DNA of 52,093 nt from an uncultured Gammaproteobacteria bacterium (GCA_964604515.1 CAZRZA010000004.1:1-52093), one strand, 5' to 3'; counted from the first letter of the stretch, positions 22,601 to 31,540 are shown. Notes: generated from the sequence alone by a model not told the origin. A program made the numbers and translations.

Positions 22601-25600
22601 TGCGGCCTCTACAGATATAATGGTTTTAGCTCCTAATTTAGAATTAATGGACTATGGACCACAATGTGATGATTCTTGTAATAATCCAGAAGTTTGGGCA
22701 GAATTTAATACAAATATAGCAGTATCCTCAGACTTACAATTATATAGTTGTAATAGTGTTGGTGATTGCTCAGGAGATAGCCTAGTTTCTTCTTGGGATA
22801 TTACAGATAATATTATTAAAATAACTAATTTAAATATACCCCTTGGTTTATACAAGGCTGTTTTGGGAGAAAATATAGAAAATGAATATGGCTATAGTTT
22901 AGGTTATGAACATAATTGGTATTTTACAGTTGGTAATCAGAATTGTGAGTTTTCTAGTATAGACATTAAACCAGATAATTATTTATCTGGAGAATTAAAT
23001 GAAATTATAGAGTATGAGGCTATGCCATATTCAGATACTGGTGTCTGTAATGGGCAGCCTTTAAATTGTGAAAATTGTTCTTGGTCTTGGTCTTTGGATA
23101 ATACTTTAGCTAATTTAAGTTCTGGTTCAGGTCCCGAGGCTACAATTACTACTTTGGCAGAAGGAGAGGTTAATATTTCAGCTAGTATTATTGACAATAA
23201 TGTAGTAGCAGGACAAGATTCATTGACCATTTCTTTGGGTACTGATGGTGATGATGAGGAGTACCCACCTAATAATCAGGCTCCAGTAATATTAAATGAT
23301 AATCCTGATGAAAGTAATACTTGTCTTAATGCTTCTATTTTTGTTACTTTTAGTGAATTGATGAATGAGCAATCTTTAAGAGATAATATGCATGTTTATA
23401 AATTAGCTGATTCAAATTATACAGAAATAAGCGGTTCCTTTATTTTTGCTAAAGATAATTATAATGGTGATGATGATAATGAAACTAGAGTAATATTTAA
23501 TCCTGATGAATATTTAGAAGCAGGAGGAGTTTATAAAGGTTTAATTGGTGAAAATGTAGTAAGTAGTGCGGGCCTATTATTATCATATATTAATCATAAT
23601 GAAGATTTGGAGCCTGGTCATTTATGGACCTTTTCAGGAGGAGAAGATTTGTGTCAAATTTCTTATATCGATATAGATCCTGAAGAATTAATCTTTACTA
23701 TACCTAATAGTTTAGAAAGTTTTACAGCTCAAGCTTATGATATTTCAGGGATAGCCCTAAATGTAGATACATATAACTGGTCTTTAATTGACACTAATCT
23801 ATTTTCTTTAGAAAATAATAATAGTCAAACAGCTAATTTATCTTCTTTAAATAATAATGGAGAAACATATTTAAATGTTCAGGTGTCTGATTCTGATCCA
23901 GCCATAGGTCAAGGCAGTTCCTTAGCTAGAGTAGAGGCTTTTCTATGTGAAAATCCTTGGCCAAGTAATAATGGAGAGTTTAATATTTTTTCTGATAATG
24001 ATTATGGTAATAATGACTTTAATTTCTCTATGTATTATTGTCAAAATGAAGGTCTAGAAGGCAGTGAATTATTACCATACTTACCAGATAGTAATTTTAT
24101 TATGCAAGAAGGTGGTGATGTTTTAAAAGAATATGTTTTTGTTATTAATCCAGCTCTAACTATGATTAATAATAATTTTGTTTATAATAGAAATGATAAT
24201 AGATCTTGGTGGCAAAAGATATTTAATTGGAGAATAATTAAAGCTCAGTCTTTTGCTGTTTATAATTTTATGATTACAGAAAATGATGGTAATCAAATAA
24301 GCTTACAATGGCAAGATGATACAGAGACATATGCTAATTCTTTTAATTTAGAACGGAGAACAGCTGGAGCATCTTGGACAGAGGTATCTGGAAATTTATC
24401 TGATTTAGCTCCTAATTTATTTGGTTATACTGATCAAGATATTTTAACTGGTATTTCTTATGAATACCGAGTTGGTTTAGGTGGCAATTATACTGATCCC
24501 ATAACAGTAACTGCGGGAGAAGATGATCCTTCTTTTGATATTATTGGTCTTAGAATTATTAGTAATATGGATCATTTATCAGCTAGAGACTGGTTTAGAC
24601 AGCAGGCTCCTAATGCTAATGCTACGGGACAATTAATAGAAGTTGCTGGTTATGAGGCTTTGAGGGTTGGTAATACTATTTATATTGCGGGTACTAATTT
24701 TAATGATACTAGTTTATATACAAATATCTATGCCCTTTCTTATAATATTGGGGCTCGTCCTTCTACTATAAATATTTATAATCAATTAATAGCTAATTTT
24801 GAATTAAATACTAATTTACCAACTATTGGTAATAGTAATACTTGTTTTGAAGAAAGTACTTTAGAGTGTTTTGATGATTATGATTGTGGGGTAGGTGATT
24901 ATTGTTTATCTACAGGATCTAAATTACATCGAGACACTAAACGTTTAAGTGATTTGATTAGTATTAAAGATAGTTTAGATAATTATGGTTCTCAGAATAA
25001 GTTTTGTAGTACAAATATGGCTCCTTGTTTTAATGATAGCAATTGTTTAGGGGATAGTAATTATTGTCAAGAATATTATCCTTCTTTAAACTCAGGTACA
25101 TTTGTTAATGGTATGACTACTACTAAATGGGGTTCTTGGAATGAAGAATTAGGCAATACCATCGGAGAGTCTTTGCCGGTTGATCCGGTTAATAAATTTA
25201 ATGGTTGTCCCTATGGTATAGATGACAGTACTTGTTGGGATGAGGGAGCACAAAATTTTATTTGTCCCCAAAACTCTCTTATTTATTTATATCAACAAAA
25301 TGATTTAACTTCATATAGTATTGGTGCTAACTTTGAGTCAGGAAGTAGCTTCACTAATGCCTTAAATGGTAATAATGGTATAGGAGTAAACAGTATCCTT
25401 AATATTATTGATTTAGATAATGTTTGTAATGCAGATACATATAATGCCGCTGGCCTACCAAGTACTCAGGTTTGTGGTGACGGTATTGTTAATGAATTAG
25501 AAGAGTGTGATGGTAATCCAGCTAATATTTGCCCAGAAAACTATTGGGAAGCATATACGGTTGGTTGTTATCCAGCAGGGTCTTTAAATAGTGTTGGTGA

Positions 25601-27653
25601 TTTAATTGAATGCACTTGGTATATAACTCCTGATAATTATGATTGTGGTGGTTATTGTGGAGATGCTGAAGTATATGATTTATATGAAGATTGTGAGGTA
25701 GGTGTCAATGAAGCTGACTTTAATTGTTTAGATGATAATAATAATTATTATTCTCCTCTTTGCCAATCTTGTTTTCCTGTTTGTGATGATGGTTCAGCTG
25801 CTGCCTCCTGTAATGATGGTTACTGGGATCCTAATAATGAGCAATGTGATGATTCTGGTAGTCCAACTGGTTTAAATAATTGGGACTGTACTAATGGAGA
25901 TAATATTTCTTGTAATAATTGTCAGGTTACTTGTAGTGGTTCTGGTATTTCATATTATGGACAATGTGGTAATACAGCTACTGAGGGACCAGAAGAATGT
26001 GATTATAGTGGTTATGGACCAATTTCAACAGCCTTAGCCAATAGTGTTAACACTCAATATGCTTGTTCTTATATTTGTGAAGATACGGGAGGATACTGTG
26101 GTGACAGCGAAGAACAAACTAGCTATGGCGAGGAGTGTGATCCAAGTAACTATACTGTTCCTACTCCTATAAATTCTAATCCTAATATACAATATGAATG
26201 CTCTAATATTTGTGCAGACGCTGGAGGATATTGTGATGATGGTAGTATTCAGACTAGTTATGGTGAAGAATGTGATACAGCTAGTTATGCTTATCCAAGT
26301 CCCAGTGAAGCTATTGACAGTAATACTCAGTATAACTGCACAGCTAATTGTAAGATAGATGGAGGATATTGTGGTGATGGAGTAGAACAAGCTAATTATA
26401 ATGAAGAATGTGATCCAAGTGGCTATACCGCACCTTCTCCTATAAATTCTAACTTAAGCACACAATATTCTTGCTCTAATACCTGCGCAGACACCGGAGG
26501 ATATTGTGGTAACAATAGTATTGAGAGCTCTGAAATATGTGAAAGTACTTTACATAGTCAACCAACTCCAGGACAATCTGGTATAGAGTGGGAGTATGAG
26601 TGTGATGCTGATAGTTGTCAGTATACGGGAGGATATTGTGGTGATAGTAATATTCAAGAAAACTATGGTGAGCAGTGTGATTTTAACAGTTATGTTTCAC
26701 CAACACCTCAAAACTCTTCAAACATTGATCAATATAGTTGCGATAATAATTGTCAGATATTTGGTGGTTATTGTGGTGACGGCAATATTGATAGTTATTA
26801 TGAAGACTGTGAAATTGGTATGAGTTGTAAAGATTATGATTCAGCATATTTAGCGGGTCAAGTTACTTGTGGTGATCCAGGAACAAGCAATGCTTGTCAA
26901 GTAACAGAAACAGCATCTTGTTGTAGTAGTGATAAGCTGCAGGCTAAATTTTTAGTAGATAATAGTTTTGAATTATGGGTTAATGGTAGTTCAATTGGCA
27001 CAGGCGATCATTGGGGTGGTTGTGATGGTGGGGGAGTTGGTGATGCCTGTGAATTTGAGATAGATGCAGCAGATGGTTTTTCTTTTGATAATTCAGAAAA
27101 TATTTTAGCATTTAAAGCTCATGACACTAGTGGCGGTTACGGTGTAATAGGTACATTTTCTTGTCAAGAACACACTTGTAAAAGTATTTGTTATAAAGGT
27201 AGTGATGCAGGAGAAATATGTAGTTCGGATGCAAATTGTTCAGAAGGAACTTGCGTGCATCCAGCAGCTGGAAAAGAAGGACAAGTATGTACAGAGAACA
27301 ATGATTGTAGAACCTATACCTTAGACAGTGGAGAGGAGGCTACTGGTAGTACGAATAGTAAACCAAGTCTTTGTTTACCAGATGACTTTGGTATTACAAC
27401 TAGACCAGACGGTCTTTGGAAATGTGTTCATGGATCTGATCCAGGAGACGGTTGGAAAGAGGCGGAGTATACAGAAAGCTCAGATTGGCAAGCACCAATA
27501 GAAGAATGGTTTAGTGGTGCTTGGGGATTATCAAGTCATCCTTCATATTGGAAGCATATGGTTCCGGGAGCAGTTTCTATCTGGGACGCTAGGGTTGAAT
27601 CAGGTTCAGATATTTATTGTCGTTATGTTCTGGTAACAGGCGCTGATCTATAA
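19653..27653 (+). CDS. Giant (2666 aa) pilin-anchored multidomain surface protein / putative adhesin
   Basis: Signal peptide, VirB2-like pilin, six IPT/TIG repeats, Big_5/Ig pairs, FnIII-like domain, GspG/pilin-like segment, CGDG..EECD repeats, C-terminal lectin-like domain. Confidence 0.8.
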   Translation: MFKYFNTILISLLLPWHSLFAQEDNFGLEDVDTALGSNELTDIIVNIINIFLGLLGILAVSLILYGGFLWMTSQGNSDQVTKAKQLIISAIIGLVIILSSYAIASYIIGSLSEATGITESDINTSTTDSPGSGDPDGGLGCPEPLDEDEIKICSISPSNGSSGSYVTIRGWNFGEIEGSVTFDNNAGNTTSADLVSCNGNVLWTDTEIKVVVPNINEATYSVYVNNIDYTSFVVSEGASGPNIACLTPDLGPGGESVVISGIGFGDQGGNVTMNGWVNNLEEEIILNSTSWSENEISISINNNALSSDISINTVEELSSSGEYFTVSCQSGEECSSGCCDNNSCYSIDICMENDPEGIYISNIYPPDGAGGSLVTITGSGFGETAGIVTFYDQDSGEPANFPSTINNNCSDYWTNNTIVVEVPPDLNNELLDIRVNINSQESNSGSFEKNEVIRPGICGLSADSGVFEDIITFYGLNFSENDQVLFGGDDWAVDINYTDSQTVTASIPNMSSQNLDVFISSNNINSNSYPFTIASTEGGKPFITSIIPEDFANTLEYITIYGGNFGNSGLVYVIDSNGTEHPFDIDLIPTQCNSNFWQDDQIIVAFSDQGSKIKIVRNDDIASDEYNYNIQGGSAAPSIACIIPDNGPVNSLVNIYGNSFIGDSRIIFTDNVEADLGASIINSQQILNIPVPEDSETGNVYYTNDINSNALLFEVGSCSGDSDCDNQLCCSGDFGNYCADSCEIEPNQCEASWTITSASEEFSLVESYECSNNTQSPAPWPHGLEEYSSEDAYLDTNISIRFTREIEVDDLLNIDNLKLYSCEDYNSNCNTLINGEYLSIDNNKGVSFNPQSNLNPSTWYQVVLGSFNSKIGNDTLELSNYPWHFKTAGGLCQIDSISLSPDSSPNRDIYLGNEKTYTAIPQSANCNICGSDYNWSSVLLGSDDYISTIASSNNPSNIFWTKLRGDIISDPGYTSLGVNVEDYAASTDIMVLAPNLELMDYGPQCDDSCNNPEVWAEFNTNIAVSSDLQLYSCNSVGDCSGDSLVSSWDITDNIIKITNLNIPLGLYKAVLGENIENEYGYSLGYEHNWYFTVGNQNCEFSSIDIKPDNYLSGELNEIIEYEAMPYSDTGVCNGQPLNCENCSWSWSLDNTLANLSSGSGPEATITTLAEGEVNISASIIDNNVVAGQDSLTISLGTDGDDEEYPPNNQAPVILNDNPDESNTCLNASIFVTFSELMNEQSLRDNMHVYKLADSNYTEISGSFIFAKDNYNGDDDNETRVIFNPDEYLEAGGVYKGLIGENVVSSAGLLLSYINHNEDLEPGHLWTFSGGEDLCQISYIDIDPEELIFTIPNSLESFTAQAYDISGIALNVDTYNWSLIDTNLFSLENNNSQTANLSSLNNNGETYLNVQVSDSDPAIGQGSSLARVEAFLCENPWPSNNGEFNIFSDNDYGNNDFNFSMYYCQNEGLEGSELLPYLPDSNFIMQEGGDVLKEYVFVINPALTMINNNFVYNRNDNRSWWQKIFNWRIIKAQSFAVYNFMITENDGNQISLQWQDDTETYANSFNLERRTAGASWTEVSGNLSDLAPNLFGYTDQDILTGISYEYRVGLGGNYTDPITVTAGEDDPSFDIIGLRIISNMDHLSARDWFRQQAPNANATGQLIEVAGYEALRVGNTIYIAGTNFNDTSLYTNIYALSYNIGARPSTINIYNQLIANFELNTNLPTIGNSNTCFEESTLECFDDYDCGVGDYCLSTGSKLHRDTKRLSDLISIKDSLDNYGSQNKFCSTNMAPCFNDSNCLGDSNYCQEYYPSLNSGTFVNGMTTTKWGSWNEELGNTIGESLPVDPVNKFNGCPYGIDDSTCWDEGAQNFICPQNSLIYLYQQNDLTSYSIGANFESGSSFTNALNGNNGIGVNSILNIIDLDNVCNADTYNAAGLPSTQVCGDGIVNELEECDGNPANICPENYWEAYTVGCYPAGSLNSVGDLIECTWYITPDNYDCGGYCGDAEVYDLYEDCEVGVNEADFNCLDDNNNYYSPLCQSCFPVCDDGSAAASCNDGYWDPNNEQCDDSGSPTGLNNWDCTNGDNISCNNCQVTCSGSGISYYGQCGNTATEGPEECDYSGYGPISTALANSVNTQYACSYICEDTGGYCGDSEEQTSYGEECDPSNYTVPTPINSNPNIQYECSNICADAGGYCDDGSIQTSYGEECDTASYAYPSPSEAIDSNTQYNCTANCKIDGGYCGDGVEQANYNEECDPSGYTAPSPINSNLSTQYSCSNTCADTGGYCGNNSIESSEICESTLHSQPTPGQSGIEWEYECDADSCQYTGGYCGDSNIQENYGEQCDFNSYVSPTPQNSSNIDQYSCDNNCQIFGGYCGDGNIDSYYEDCEIGMSCKDYDSAYLAGQVTCGDPGTSNACQVTETASCCSSDKLQAKFLVDNSFELWVNGSSIGTGDHWGGCDGGGVGDACEFEIDAADGFSFDNSENILAFKAHDTSGGYGVIGTFSCQEHTCKSICYKGSDAGEICSSDANCSEGTCVHPAAGKEGQVCTENNDCRTYTLDSGEEATGSTNSKPSLCLPDDFGITTRPDGLWKCVHGSDPGDGWKEAEYTESSDWQAPIEEWFSGAWGLSSHPSYWKHMVPGAVSIWDARVESGSDIYCRYVLVTGADL
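25965..26771 (+). repeat. Six tandem ~45-aa Cys-rich repeats (Myxococcus Cys-rich/DUF4215-like)
   Basis: Unit CGD..Q..YGEECD...Y..P.P..S...QY.C...C...GGY; DNA motif ggaggatattgtg recurs. Confidence 0.9.
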
Positions 27654-27720
27654 TAAAATATTAAAATAAATTATGTTTAATTAAATAAAAAAAGAAGAGA
27701 AAAAAGAAGTAATTAATGAT

Positions 27721-28443
27721 ATGTTTTCTGGTTTAGATACTGGGGATAAACCTAGCGCTATTCAGTCTGGTAAATTAGATATAAAAAACAATACTACTTT
27801 AGCAGAAACAGAAAGTATTATTCCCGAGAAAGAGAATAAGACGGGTATAATAAAGAAAGTAGTTATTTTCTTTATTATAGCTATAATATCTTTAGTAGTA
27901 TTTATTCTAATCTTTTCTTTCTTTAAAAAAGATAATAAAGAAGTGATTATTGAACAAAATAATACAATAGAAGAAGAGGCTATTAATAATATTAAAGAAG
28001 AGATAATTATTGAAGAGCCAATTATAGATTTAAGTAAAATAGATGATGATTCTGATGGATTAAGCAATGCAGAAGAAATAGAATTAGGAACAGATATTTA
28101 TAATCCAGATACAGATAATGATGGCTTATTTGATAGAGAAGAAGTTAAGATTTGGGGAACAAATCCTTTAGATCCAGATTCAGATAATGATGGTAACTTA
28201 GATGGTGTGGAGGTAGAAAATGGTTATAATCCATTAGGAGACGGCAAGTTACCAGGTTTAGAGAATTTTGATATAATAGAAGCTGATCCTAATTTATTAG
28301 ACAACGATGAGGATGGTTTGACTAATGCTCAAGAAATAGAATTAGGCACAGATTTAAATAATCCAGACACAGATGGTGATGGCTATTTGGATGGAGCAGA
28401 AGTAGAAAATGGTTATAATCCATTAGGAGAGGGTACTTTATAA
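27721..28443 (+). CDS. Membrane-anchored protein with bacterial TSP3-like Ca-binding repeats
   Basis: One TM; repeats DxDxDGLxxxEE.xGTD..NPDTDxDG; exact 29-bp duplication at 28213-28241 and 28402-28430. Confidence 0.85.
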   Translation: MFSGLDTGDKPSAIQSGKLDIKNNTTLAETESIIPEKENKTGIIKKVVIFFIIAIISLVVFILIFSFFKKDNKEVIIEQNNTIEEEAINNIKEEIIIEEPIIDLSKIDDDSDGLSNAEEIELGTDIYNPDTDNDGLFDREEVKIWGTNPLDPDSDNDGNLDGVEVENGYNPLGDGKLPGLENFDIIEADPNLLDNDEDGLTNAQEIELGTDLNNPDTDGDGYLDGAEVENGYNPLGEGTL

Positions 28444-28457
28444 TTAATTAAATAAAT

Positions 28458-29498
28458 ATGTTTGAAAAACCAAAAGAAAAAGAAATAGATAATAGTCAAC
28501 AAAAAGTAGAAAATGTTGCTGATAATATAGAAAATAATATAGACCCTAATGCTGAAAGTATAGACTCTAAGAATATAGAAATTCATGTAATGCCAGAAAA
28601 GTTTTTACCAAAAAATGATAAGAAAAAGATGAGTACTAAGAAAAAGATGATTATTTCAGTTATTACTTTTATTATGTTTTTGATTTTAGTTTTAGGAACC
28701 ATGCTCTATATAGCTAGTACTAGTATTAAAAAAGAAGAAGTAAAGAAAGAGGTAGAAGAAATTAAAGAAGAAGTTGTTAAAGAAATAATTATAGAAGAAC
28801 CGGAACCAGAACCAGAGCCGGAACCAGAGCCAGAGATGATAGAAGAACCAGAAGAAAATGAATTCGAAGAAAATATAAATACTGAAGAAGAATTAATAGA
28901 AGAAAGCACAGAAGTAATAATAGAAATTAATTTAGATGAGGATCAGGATAACTTAACCTTAGCTGAAGAGAGTTTATATAATACCAATCAAAATAATTCA
29001 GATACAGATAATGATGGCTATAATGATGGTTCAGAGATAATAAGTTTATATAATCCTCTAGCTAGTAGTCAAAAATTAGTAGACTCTGGTTTAGTTTCTA
29101 TTTATACAAATATATTATATAAATATAATATATTAAAACCAATGCCTTGGGTTGTACAATCATTAATAGAGGGTGATAATAGTGATATAGTATTTTTAAA
29201 TAATTCAGAAACAGGAGAATTCTTCTCTCTTAAGGTAATACCTAATATAGATGGTTTAACTTTAAATAATTTTAGAGAAATTATGGAGGCAAATTTAGAG
29301 CCGGGAGTAAGTTTAGAAAATTATAATTTAGGAAACAATCCTGCTTTAATAACCAATGATGCTTTAGCTGTCTTTATGGTTACTAATGATTATGTTTATT
29401 CTCTGGAGTATGTTTTAGGAGAATTAGATATTATTAATTTTGCTACTACTTTTGAAATGATGTTAAATAGTTTTGAATTATTAGAAGATAATGAATAA
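28458..29498 (+). CDS. Membrane-anchored protein with Glu-Pro linker, TSP3-like repeats and C-terminal globular domain
   Basis: IHVMPEKF, TM, (EP)n, DEDQDNLT..EE..Y.T....DTDNDGYNDG. Confidence 0.8.
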   Translation: MFEKPKEKEIDNSQQKVENVADNIENNIDPNAESIDSKNIEIHVMPEKFLPKNDKKKMSTKKKMIISVITFIMFLILVLGTMLYIASTSIKKEEVKKEVEEIKEEVVKEIIIEEPEPEPEPEPEPEMIEEPEENEFEENINTEEELIEESTEVIIEINLDEDQDNLTLAEESLYNTNQNNSDTDNDGYNDGSEIISLYNPLASSQKLVDSGLVSIYTNILYKYNILKPMPWVVQSLIEGDNSDIVFLNNSETGEFFSLKVIPNIDGLTLNNFREIMEANLEPGVSLENYNLGNNPALITNDALAVFMVTNDYVYSLEYVLGELDIINFATTFEMMLNSFELLEDNE

Positions 29499-29919
29499 TT
29501 TAATAGATTTAAATATAAGAGGATATAGGGTGGACTTTACTTGGTTAAAAGATTTAGAAAAAATTGTAAAGAAAAAGAGTATTGATTTAAATCAAAAAGA
29601 GTTAAATAAATATATTTCTTTAGCTTTAATCAATAAAAAAGAAATTAAGGAATTAAATAAGGTTTATAGGAAAAAAAATAAAGTAACAGATGTTCTTTCC
29701 TTTAATTTGCATAGTAAAGAAATATTAGGAGAAATAGTAATTTGTTTAGAGGAAGCTAAAAAACAAGCCTTAGAAAAGAAAAAGACTATAAAATCAGAAT
29801 TAAAGTTATTAACAGTACATGGTTTATTACATCTTTTGGGATATGATCATGAAAAGAGTAAGAAAGAAGAAAAGAGACAAGAAGAAAAGGAGAAAGAAAT
29901 ATTAAATTTATTAAAATAA
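29491..29919 (+). CDS. ybeY: rRNA maturation RNase YbeY
   Basis: LN..YR.K...TDVLSF, GEIVIC, HGLLHLLGYDH. Confidence 0.96.
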   Translation: MNNLIDLNIRGYRVDFTWLKDLEKIVKKKSIDLNQKELNKYISLALINKKEIKELNKVYRKKNKVTDVLSFNLHSKEILGEIVICLEEAKKQALEKKKTIKSELKLLTVHGLLHLLGYDHEKSKKEEKRQEEKEKEILNLLK

Positions 29920-30260
29920 TGAAATGTAGAATTTACCAAAGCTTTAAAAATGCTTATCAGGGTATTAAAATAGTATTAAAGTCAGAAAAGAATTTTCGTA
30001 TTCATCTTTTCATAACATTTATTGTAATCTTATTCGCTTTCTATAGAGATTTAGAAAAAATAATGTGGGTTGGTTTATTATTAATAATAGCTATAGTATT
30101 AGCTTTAGAGATATTTAATTCTGCAATTGAAAGGCTAGTGGACATGCTAGCTCCTAAAACACATTCTTTTGCTAAAGAAGTTAAAGATCTTTTAGCGGCT
30201 ATGGTTTTAATAGTAGTTATTTTCGCAATTATTATAGGCTTTATATTATTCTTTGCCTAA
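29919..30260 (+). CDS. dgkA: Diacylglycerol/undecaprenol kinase family protein
   Basis: SF..A..G, EKNFRIH, EIFNSAIE..VD, KD..AA; follows ybeY. Confidence 0.92.
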   Translation: MKCRIYQSFKNAYQGIKIVLKSEKNFRIHLFITFIVILFAFYRDLEKIMWVGLLLIIAIVLALEIFNSAIERLVDMLAPKTHSFAKEVKDLLAAMVLIVVIFAIIIGFILFFA

Positions 30261-30280
30261 AGTAATAATTTTGGTATAAT
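30253..30280 (+). promoter_or_regulatory. Promoter for ftsA-ftsZ
   Basis: TTGCCT-16bp-TATAAT with extended TG. Confidence 0.6.
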
Positions 30281-30301
30281 AAGTTAAGTAATATATAAAA
30301 A

Positions 30302-31540
30302 ATGGATAAAAATACTATCGTCGGCTTAGATATAGGTACTAATGCAGTTAGAATTGTTATGGGCCAAAAAACTCCAGATGGTCAATTACAAATTATTGGA
30401 GCTGCAGAAACACCCTCAGAAGGAATTACCAGAGGGAGTATTAGTAGTATTGAAGATAGTGTTTCTTCTATTTCTGAAACAATTGAAAAATGTGAAAGAA
30501 TGACCGGTACTAGAATAGATAAAATGATTGTTGGTATAAATGGTACTAATTTAAAAACTATTAATAGTAAAGGGATAGTAGCTGTTGCTAAGGCTAATGC
30601 TCAGGTAGATGAATCAGATATTTCACGAGCTATAGAATTAGCAGAAACTACTAGTTCTTTACCTAATTATGAGGTTATTCATGCTTTACCAACTTCTTAT
30701 CATTTAGATGATCAAAAAGACATTAAAGATCCAGTTGGTATGTCGGGGGTAAGATTAGAAGTTGATACACAAGTAATAATGGCTTTAACTTCTCATCTTA
30801 AGAATTTAAATAAATGTATATATAGAACAGGTGTTGATATAGAAGATATTGTTTTTTCTATCTTAGCTACTGGAGAAGCAGTTTTAACAAAAAAACAAAA
30901 AGAATTAGGAGTAGCTGTTATTAATATTGGAGAAGCTACTACCTCTTTAGCTGTTTTTGAAGAAGGTGATATTTTACATACTGCTGTTTTACCAATTGGA
31001 TCGGGACATATTACCAATGACTTAGCTATTGGCCTTAAAACATCTGTGGAAACAGCCGAGGCTGTTAAAGTAGATCATGCCCAAGCTTTATTAGAAGGTA
31101 TTTCTAAGAGAGAAGAAGTAGATTTACATAAATATTCTGATGAAGAAAAAAAAGGCTCTTATGTCTATAAAAAGGATATAGTAGAAATTGCTTCTGCTCG
31201 TATGGAAGAGATATTTAAAATGATAAATGAAGAGTTGAAAAAAATAGATAGAAATGGTAAATTACCTGCAGGTTTAGTTTTAACTGGAGGAGGTGCTAAA
31301 TTACCAATGATTATAGATTTAGCTAAAAAAGTATTTTCTTTACCAGTATTTATGGGGCTCCCTAAAAACGATTCCTTTGCTATTGATAAATTAAATGATA
31401 CTGAATATACAACAGCCTTAGGATTAGTTATTTGGGGAAATAATTATATTGTAGATAATAATAATTTTCTTTCTAATTTTTCTGCAGTTAAACAAACTAC
31501 AGAAAAGATGAGCTCTTGGTTTAAAAATTTATTACCTTAA
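30302..31540 (+). CDS. ftsA: Cell division protein FtsA
   Basis: GLDIGT, PVGMSGVRLE, HITNDLA, VLTGGGA, C-terminal amphipathic helix. Confidence 0.97.
   Translation: MDKNTIVGLDIGTNAVRIVMGQKTPDGQLQIIGAAETPSEGITRGSISSIEDSVSSISETIEKCERMTGTRIDKMIVGINGTNLKTINSKGIVAVAKANAQVDESDISRAIELAETTSSLPNYEVIHALPTSYHLDDQKDIKDPVGMSGVRLEVDTQVIMALTSHLKNLNKCIYRTGVDIEDIVFSILATGEAVLTKKQKELGVAVINIGEATTSLAVFEEGDILHTAVLPIGSGHITNDLAIGLKTSVETAEAVKVDHAQALLEGISKREEVDLHKYSDEEKKGSYVYKKDIVEIASARMEEIFKMINEELKKIDRNGKLPAGLVLTGGGAKLPMIIDLAKKVFSLPVFMGLPKNDSFAIDKLNDTEYTTALGLVIWGNNYIVDNNNFLSNFSAVKQTTEKMSSWFKNLLP

Noticed and set aside
25965-26771. Periodic DNA repeats as a CRISPR array or DGR template/variable repeat
   Set aside because: They are in-frame protein repeats with synonymous divergence; no adenine-specific pattern noticed and no reverse transcriptase in the window
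28794-28833. GAACC(A/G) hexamer repeat as a phase-variation tract
   Set aside because: Encodes an in-frame Glu-Pro linker with varied synonymous codons
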